DNA of 64,000 nucleotides from the human T2T-CHM13v2.0 reference genome, Homo sapiens: NCBI RefSeq assembly GCF_009914755.1, contig NC_060927.1; one strand, 5' to 3'. Shown one piece after another: positions 55,244 through 64,000 of this stretch (its first letter is position 1; every line of letters begins with the position of its first letter). The notes below the pieces were generated by a model. That model was not told where the DNA came from, did no database searches, and was given only the letters and a program-made list of their open reading frames with translations. A program made the translations under genes and the position numbers.

Positions 55244-57768
55244 GGAATGCTTTTGTTACACAGTTGAGAGATCTAAAGCCCATCATTTTAACATCAAATA
55301 GCATAACTTGCATTTTTTTTATTAAAAATACTTGCCCTTACTATGTCTTTTCTCAAAGACAAGACGTTGATACTCTAGGTGGAGGCTGTTTATGTTTTTT
55401 TCTTTCAAGAGATGCTTGACAGCTGCTCCCTGGAGAGGAACTCAGACTCCTTAAATTTTTATTAGGCTACAGTATTTGAAATTTGGAAAGTAGACATTAG
55501 TCTTTGAGGTACAGTGTTTGATGGTATGAATCTTTTAAGCTGTAGTACTGCAAGAGAAGATTGCAGAGATTAGCTACAGACCATTTGTCAGGGGAGACTG
55601 AAGCATTCGTAACAATGTATAGTGAAAATATACTTGCAAACTTTTCATTAGACAATATAGGGAAATCTTATTGTGTGTTTTTCAGGTTTCAATGTTCTAT
55701 CAAATAACATAGCTACTAAGGTTGTAATGGAGTTTTTTTTTTCCCATTTGGTTCTCATTTTCAGACAAAAGAAATGTCTTCCTGGCTAAAGATGCCTTAT
55801 ATTGCAGAAGTAGCATATAGCATAAATTGCTTTAAAAATAAGCAAGAACATGCAAAGTGAATAAAGAAATATCGAAATGAGTAGGGAAATAAGGGTACCA
55901 AGAACTGGAGTGTGTATATGCTAACGTTATTTTTTTGTAATTTTAAAAAATAAAAGGCTTGTGGTGTTTTCAGGGAGCAAAGCCAATCTTAGTGAAATCT
56001 ATTTTGTAAGCCTTAGAGCAAGGACATAAAGTTATTCCTTTAATTTGTTTCCTTACAAGTGTTTCTGTCTTCATTTATAATCTAGCTACAATACTTTGAA
56101 ACACCTTTACATAATAACATAAACTGTCAGGAGGCTAAATTTAAGGCACATATTGGTTATTTTAAGTACCTAGGCTGTGAGAAGAACATTTACTACATTT
56201 AACTAGTTAAGGTATAAAGAGCAGTGGTACAGGTCTTGGTAGAAAACGTTCTTTTTAAACATATAACATCACGCCCTGCTTCTTTTCTACTTTAACGCAT
56301 GTATGGAGTAAAGGTGGCTGAAACTTGTTATTTGCTAGATAGTGACTTTAGGAATACCATTTAAGCCAGTTAGCTGACTTAATACTATAGTAAATGTTTT
56401 TAACTAACAGCTATTTCCGGAACATTGTATTTCTCTGGGAAAGCTATCTAGGAGATATTTCTGGCAGGGTCAGCTGGGCTCCCCGAAGTATGTTCAGCCT
56501 TGTTGCCTGTGTTTTCTTTTTGACCTAATGTTTTGCTTCGTTTTGTTTTTTTAACGCTGCCCATTCTCGAAATGAAAGTAAGACGATGTTATTTGAATGG
56601 AACACTTGGAAACACCTTTCACGCAATGACTCTGTATAACTAGTCATTTGTCAGGGAAAAGTGAGATTTTTCTCTAAAATTAATAGATTTGAGAGTAAGA
56701 TTCCATATTTAGTGTATCAAAGGTATTGTTTTAAGAATGATATGAATTTTAAAATAGTCTAATATAAAACATAAGGGGGTTCTCACTTAAGGAGGTCTTC
56801 ATATTTAAGAGGTAAAGTACAGTTTGTAGTGTGCAAATCTGAAAAAGTATGATATTGATAATATTAACAAAGTCTGACTTTTGCCCAAAATTTGTGATTA
56901 ATGTCAAAATGTAAAACAAAACATTATCAAAAATAGCACTATTGCAAAGCTACGTGGCAAGTTAATTGTAAACTACATTTACTATATTTCTGCACTATAG
57001 CAACACTTACTCTAGAAAATATAAATATCCCACTATCATTTGCATAGATTCATTTTAAATTGCGTGATTTTAAAAATTAAACTTTGTCTTTCTACATAGT
57101 CTTATTTAAGGAATATATGTATATTTATATATATAATATAAATGTAGAAAAAAATATATGTATATATATTCCTTAAATGAAATGTAAAAGGCCTGTATTT
57201 TAATTACATATTACACTAATGCAAGAATTTCAAAGGCACTTGGTGAGTGGTGGACCTGAGGATGTGTGGATGTGTTGGAGGAAAAAACGGATGTTTCAGT
57301 GCAAAGCCAAGTTGACCAAAGTGCTGTGAACAAGATTTTTAGATCATTTATATTCAAGGATGCTTCTTAATAAGATGCTTATTTAACTAAAAACATACAC
57401 ACAAAACCCAGTGTAACTGGTAACCTTAGAACACGTTTTTCCCCCTCTTTCTCATCATTGCGTATTAGCATATTAAGGAAAATAAACAGTGTGGTATATT
57501 TTTATATGACATCTCCACTTGTGCTTATTAATAAGTATTATAAGTCACTATTAAATATGATTGATGAAAGGTTTTTAAAAAAATTCATCAATGGGTTTAG
57601 ATAATTCAGATATTCATTTTTTTTAATGTGCTTTGAATTTTTCTACCAACGATAGTTGACGTAACCCCCCTCCACCCAAAAAGACTAAAAGGAAACAAAA
57701 TGCCTAACACAATGATGGTCTTCAGTAAATGTTAGAAATTTGTAGTAAAGAGAATTTGGACGACATAC

Positions 57769-57909
57769 TTGCAATGTCTCTTTAAACTCTAATGATGCTG
57801 GGAACTTTTACTTGCAACCTTAACCTCTTCGTCTGCTGGAAATAGATTGTCTTGATCATATTTTCAGTGATCTCTTTTCCAAGCATGGGGAAGAAGCAAG
57901 GAAAGAGTT
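57769..57909 (-). other. Candidate 141-nt non-coding exon
   Basis: Minus strand: tctctctctgccccaatctgttttcaatctccttgcag|AACTC...TGCAA|gtatgt; stops in all three frames. Confidence 0.5.
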
Positions 57910-58634
57910 CTGCAAGGAGATTGAAAACAGATTGGGGCAGAGAGAGATAAAAGTTTAGAAGCAGCATCATAAGTGTATATAAGATATTTCCTTAAATCTC
58001 TTCCTTTCCACCCTTAGAACACTCACTCCCACTATTTTTCTTTAATACTTTTTAGTCTTAAACATCAACCAGGATTCTAACACCACTTACAAAAATTACT
58101 TATTTTCTTCTGCCTTAAGTAGAAAGTACATTGTCCAGCCCACTAGTCCCTTCTATTATGGAGCTTCTGGAGGGTCGTAAGTAGAAGAGAGTATTGGTGA
58201 CAAATGAAATGCTATGTCTAAATGACTTTAAGATCGGACGAAAGAACAGCAGTATGCTTTGTGTTTACTTACCTTGTTAAGTGTGTTTTCACTCACTCCT
58301 CAAATCAATTACAGTTTTTAGTCTCCTTTTATTTTCATGTGCTAACCAATAAAATTTCACACGTTTCTCAAATGCGAAGAAGAAAATTTGTGTTCAAAGA
58401 CTTTGTAAAGTAATACATTTAATATAGAATTTATTTGAGCGTGTATTCCTTGAATGCCCACTACGTATCTGAAACTATAATGTATATTATGTGGAAATAA
58501 AATATAAGTAGAAACCAAACCCCAAAAGTTTATAAATCTGGGTGAAAGAAGAGATAACATTTCTAACCATATAAACATTAGAGACAATATAAAATAGAAT
58601 ATCATTGAAATTCCCTGGAAAGTCATTGTGATAT

Positions 58635-58801
58635 ATAGCCTTACTACTCAGTGTTGTCTATGGATCAGAAGCCCCGGGCATACCTTGGTGCTGTTATAAA
58701 TGCAGAATCTCAGACCCTGTTCCAAATCTACTGGGTCAGAATTTGCATTTTAGCAAAATTCTCAAGGTGTTTGTGTGTACATTAATGTTTGAGAAACACT
58801 T
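58635..58801. mobile_element. MER5-type hAT-Charlie DNA transposon
   Basis: aaatgcagaatctcagaccc...ctactgggtcagaatttgcattttagcaa...tttgagaaacact. Confidence 0.85.
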
Positions 58802-60289
58802 AGTTGGAATAGTGTTATTTTGTGTGGGTATAAATGTATTTTAGAGAGTGAGGGGCTGGAGGAGGTGATAAGGGGAGGCAAGACAGGATATATGTACCAT
58901 AGTTTGAAAAAGCCATTAATCAAACAATCAAGGCTTAGTGTAGATGCCAGTTCATCATGTCCTGGCTCCTGAACTCCACCTTGTTATCCAACAGTCTGCA
59001 TTCCTTAGGCCTTTCCCTTCACTTTCTATTTTAATCCAGGCCATGGTAAGCTCCTTACTACTACTGAGTGCACTCAACTTTTTTTCAGTCTCCTTTTTCA
59101 AAAATTGTGTTTTTGCAGTCTTCGAGATGTACAAAATGAAAAGATACAAAAAAATCTTCTCTGGTTATTAGAGAAGAATTCTTTACTGAGTAACTCCTGA
59201 GTCAACTCAGGAATAGCCAGGCTGCTATTCATCCAGTATACCCTCGGTAGTATTGCATCTGTTGTAAAATACATTCACCAGCTCCCTAGGAAATGGCTAC
59301 TACCATAGAAGCAAGACTACTTACTCTGAATTCTGGCACTTTGAAAGCCAATTATGAAATAAGATATTTGTGAGGTTTTTTTTACTCTTAATATCTATAC
59401 GTCTGTAACTAAGGTTAAATTTTGGTCCATTTTTCAAGTGTTACTTAACTACAGACAAATTAGTAAAGAGCCAAATCCCAGGAAATATCAATTTGTGGGC
59501 AATTTTTAATTGAGAGAAACATTTGAAAAACTCAGCTCTAAGTATAATATTCTAAGTGTCATATTATATTCACTAAACCCAACAACTAAATTTTATAAAA
59601 TACAATTTGCTCTGATTATACAGTCAGTAATGGATGAAAAAGAAAATCAGGATCTAGTAAATAGGTGGGCAATGGAAAAGAGAAAGAAAGCCCAACAAGG
59701 TAAGAGATTTTCTAAAAGAGGTGGAGAGACAAAGAAATATTTATAAAGAGAAGATCACACAGAAGAGAAAAAACTGAGACAAGCAGCAAGGGACAAGTTC
59801 CCTAGGCTATGAGGCTGATGTGTTAATCAAGTTAGGCGGCTGGTTGGATTCCACAGTTTATTTGTACTATAGTCATCAAAGTAAGTTATCACCTGCTATC
59901 CCTAACCTTTGAAATTCCAATGAGCTTTTCAGCAATTATCCACTAGCCACTGCTCTTCAGCTATTATTATTATGCTTAACCTTCGCTAGGCATTTAACAA
60001 GATGCCATGACAGCCTCCATGGGGGATTGATTTCATTCTCTTAGTTGCAGCATTAAAGCCACAGCAGTATCATTTCATGAGTACTTGAAGTGGGCCAGAT
60101 GAAATCAATTTCTTACGAGATTTTCTTTCTTATGCAAAATAGACATTCCGTTTTTAAATATATTCCTGATTTTTAGCATGAATTCTTTTCCTTTTATTCA
60201 TCTCTAGAACGCCAAAATAAAGACACACAAACACATACACACACACACACATGCTCTATAAACAGAAGCCATTACTTTTTTACTCTTTC

Positions 60290-60535
60290 AGTTTTTATTT
60301 CAAATAGTTTCACACTCACAGAACAATTTTAAATATTATACAAAGAAATTCATCCAGATTTTCAAATGTTAAAATTTTGCCACATTTACATTCTATCTCG
60401 TTTGGTTTTTTTCTCAGCCATTTGTGAAGAAGTTGTAGACCTGTAGATCCTGATTCCTCTCTCCTAAATACATCAGCATTCCTCTTCCTCCCCTGCCCAA
60501 AATAGGAAATCCTTTTACATAACCATAGTAATGAA
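60290..60535 (-). mobile_element. Old L1 (L1MC4/5-like) 3' end fragment
   Basis: aaatagtttcacactcacagaa...ttttgccacattt...cctaaatacatcagc...tacataaccatagta. Confidence 0.55.
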
Positions 60536-60884
60536 TAACTTAAACTTTTTTTTCATTATTACAAATATTTGGCATTCTCTAACAATGAATTTCTTATTTA
60601 CAATAAAGAATATGTTTCTTATTTAGCATTGTTCTTTCCACAAGAGCTTTTCTTCAGTTGCTAACATCTCATTTCTTCATATTCATCCTTATACTTCTGT
60701 AAAGTATTTTGTAAGAGATGACTGCAAAGCATAAAATTTTGAGTGTGAACACTTTTCTTTCTCCTCTAAATATTTATCTTGTCTCCTTCCTATATAATAT
60801 ATAGGAATATATATTATTCCAATATAATAATTGTATATTTTCTATTATAATAGTTTTATCATATTGCCAATATAATAGTTTTAT

Positions 60885-61183
60885 TCATCCCCCCAAGCAT
60901 TTATCCTTTGTGTTACAATCAGTTCTTTTAATTATTTTAAATTGTCCAATTATATTATTATTGACCGTAGTCACTCTGTTGTACTATCAAATACTAGGTC
61001 TTATTCATTCTTTCTAACTATTTTTTTGTACCCATGAACCATACCCACCTCCTGCCCTCAACCCCTCTACTACTCTGCCCAGCCTCTGATAACCATCCTT
61101 CTACTCTCTATCTCCATGTTTTCAATTATATTGACTTTTAGATCCCAATAAGTAAGTGGAAACATGTGATGTTTGTCTTTCTA
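60885..61183 (-). mobile_element. L1MA-type fragment
   Basis: aagcatttatcctttgtgttaca...tatcaaatactaggtcttattcattct...taaccatccttctactctctatctccatg. Confidence 0.85.
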
Positions 61184-61560
61184 TAGTCATTTCTGTTTTC
61201 ATAGAGAAAATATTGATCAAACTTTAAACAACTTAATAATATAGACTGTGTTTTCTTTACCTTTTCCTTTTTTCTATCAAGTTGCATAAAGTACTGTGAA
61301 ATCAGCTCCAAATCTGTGATGGAAAACTTCTTTATGAATAATATTTAGCCTAATGGATCATAGCCTAGAAATGCAATGACAGAAAAAAAAAATCACCATA
61401 TAACTGTTACTCACTGAATTTCACATGTCAGAGCTACAACATCTCCCAAAGGAAAACATTATTTTATTTGCACTCCAGATAGAAGGAGCAAAATATTTAA
61501 TTCATGCTATGTGCTTGTATAAAAATTTGTTTTATTGTGATTCAATATTTTCTATGATTG

Positions 61561-62050
61561 TGTTACCAAAACACTAGGGTTTAGTTTACGTCTTGCTGCT
61601 TGCCACACAGAAAGCTAATCACTGAGACAACTAGTATTGCCAGTGAAGAAGGCTTTAATCATGTGCTGCAGCCAAGGAGATGGGAAATCAGTCTCAAATC
61701 CATCTCTCCGACTGACTAAAATTAGGGGTTTCTATAGCAGGGAAGAAATCCAACAATGTATAGGAAAAGAAGGAATTAGGGAGGGGTAAGGAAGAAAGGT
61801 TAGTCAACAGGAAGCAGGTAGCAAGTGATACAATCATGACAGGACTAGCGTCTCATTTTCCAGTTGCAGTGATCTGGTAAGTTTCAGCTCCTTAATACTA
61901 TCCACGGGGTCTGATGGTAGATTTCCTGAGAATGGAACTGATAGAAGACAAATGTAACTTTCTCAAGTTTTAAGACTGGGAGGATCAATTTCTATATGTA
62001 TTGAAAGAAATCATAAATGTCAGTTCTGTGGGGCAATTGGACTGGTCTCA
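61561..62050 (-). mobile_element. ERV1 solo LTR (MER66-like)
   Basis: TG...CA ends with perfect 4-bp TSD attg (61557-61560 and 62051-62054); ggagatgggaaatcagtctcaaatccatctc motif. Confidence 0.8.
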
Positions 62051-63566
62051 ATTGTGAGCCTCACTTTCCACCTGCTTCCACAAAAGCAGGAATTCTAGGG
62101 TTGGAAGAGCTTAACATGGATGGTCCAAATCCCATCTAATATAGGAATCGTCACCATTAGCTCAACAAACAATGACAGTTAACTCCTGGGGTAGTTACAT
62201 AAAAATACAGCCAAAACTAGTTTTGGACAATTTAGTTTCTAAATTGAGGAACAACCTGACCCCCCAGAATTCTGTACTCATGTGTGTTAGATATGATTTT
62301 TTGAGCAATATAAATGTAGTTATATCATACCTTTCACACACAAATAGAATTAAAAACTCTCATATTCTTAGGTTTTTTTCTCCTTCTCTAGGCTCTGTTT
62401 AATCAGTTCTTCTGTCTCTTACTAATATGAAATGGTTTCCAGATGGTAACGTCATTCTGTATTTTGTATCAATAAAACATCTAGGAGCAATCAGTGTAAT
62501 CCAGTTATGGATTGAGTTTGGAGGGACTATAACCTCTCACTAATCAGAAACTATTGCCATTGGCTCAAGTTTGAGAGCAGTTGCTTCACATTTTTCATTC
62601 ATTAATACAATGATCGATAAAATCATTATGTTTGTTCTGCTTTTTAAGAGCAACTGCTATCAACTGCATTATGTACAATTCTGTACTGTGCAATTGATTT
62701 CTTGAATTTAATCAAGATTTTATATTCATTATTCATTATATATATTCATTATATTCCAACAGCTGAAGAAGCTGTTGGATTGCCCTCAATTAGAGAATGA
62801 CTATGGATCCTAACCATGAATTAGCACTAAGAAATGAGACAAGTTTAAAACAGTCCTATGACTGTTCTACCATCTTGTGAAATGTGAGCTTCCCATGGAT
62901 TCCTATCTAGTGTGTTGTCATAGCCTATAATTCAAGGAAGAGTCATCTGATTAAATGAGGATGAGAGAAAAGAAAAAAAATCGCTTTAATTCTATGGCTA
63001 CTCTCTGTCAGGCACAGGATTAGGTAAATGAAATATCAGTTTTTATTGACACCTCTGAGAGGAAGATATATACAGCCTTTGTACACAGCCAGATTTAAAG
63101 CCTAGAGACTTAGACTCACATCTTTAGCCACTACTTTTTAGCTCTGTGTTCACAAGCAAGTTCCCTGGATCTTCATTTTAAAGTGGAGAACAGATGAAAT
63201 TAAGCTTTACAAAGAGAATTTTCATTAATAAGTACTGTTTATATTAAGGTTATTATTAACTACAGGATACCACTGTCTACTAGACTAGATTTCTTTTTTC
63301 TAGGTAGAATCGAAAATATTCTAAGAATACGAGCATCAACCTTATTCTTCAGGTTAGGAAGTTACCCACTTTAAAAATTTTTTCTCCTTTCATGAGATTC
63401 ACTGCCCATGGATATTTCTAAACTTAATTTCTCTCATTGAACTTTTGTTGTTTCTTTAACATACAAAGTAAATTTCCATGTTAACTGGAACCTAGAAAAC
63501 TTTTGTTTTCCCTTGTATTACACCTTGAAGGATTTTTTTAGTTGTTAATGTTTCATTTAATTACTC

Positions 63567-64000
63567 TTTTCCAACTTTTATTTTAGACTCAGGGGTACAT
63601 ATACATGTTTGTTACCTGGGTATATTGTGTGATGCTTAGGTTTAGAGCATGAGTGATCCCATCACCCCGGTACTGAGCATAGTACCCAACAGTTTTTCAA
63701 CCCTTGCTTTCCTCCCTCCCCGCAACTTCCAGCAGACCCCAGTGTCTCTGGTTACCATCTTTATGTCCACAAGTACCTGATATTTTGCTTCCACTTCTAA
63801 TTGAGAACACACAGTATTTGGTTTTTTGTTTCTGTCTTATTTCATTTAGAATAATGGCCTTCTGCTGCTTCAACGTTGCTGCAAAGGAAATGATTTTGTT
63901 CTTCTTAATGGCTGCATAATATTCCATGGCATATATGTACCATGTTTTCGTTATCCAGTCCACCATTGATGGGCACCTGAAACTGATTCCATGTCATTGC
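63567..64000 (-). mobile_element. L1PA (about L1PA15/16) 3' end, runs off window
   Basis: ORF 63697-63966 is the ORF2 C-terminus (WYIYAMEYYAAIKKNKI); 3' UTR ctgagcatagtacccaacag. Confidence 0.92.

Overview
AT-rich primate (most likely human/hominoid) genomic DNA, judged from AluJ/S/Y and L1PA elements. It looks like a large intron or intergenic region. No protein-coding exon, tRNA, rRNA or known miRNA could be recognised, and essentially all ORF-track entries are repeat-derived or chance ORFs. A large fraction is interspersed repeats (Alu, L1, L2, MIR, ERV/MaLR LTRs, hAT and Tigger DNA transposons) plus microsatellites. L1 and LTR elements lie mostly on the minus strand, hinting at a plus-strand host transcript, while the best-formed exon candidates (about 57.8-58.5 kb and 1-145) are non-coding and on the minus strand. 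I did not find a convincing novel biological system. The best leads are: a CpG-retaining patch with a CTCF-like motif in an ancient MER103-type transposon (46.7-47.8 kb); a TALE/homeodomain-motif-dense repeat-free element (2.6-3.2 kb); a p53/p63 element with GATA and TATA motifs (29.15-29.28 kb); a recursive-splice-like AG|GTAAGA site (10.52 kb); and a 6-nt microexon or ATG-only exon candidate (59.04 kb). Repeat subfamily names come from recalled consensus sequences, and boundaries of old repeats are approximate.
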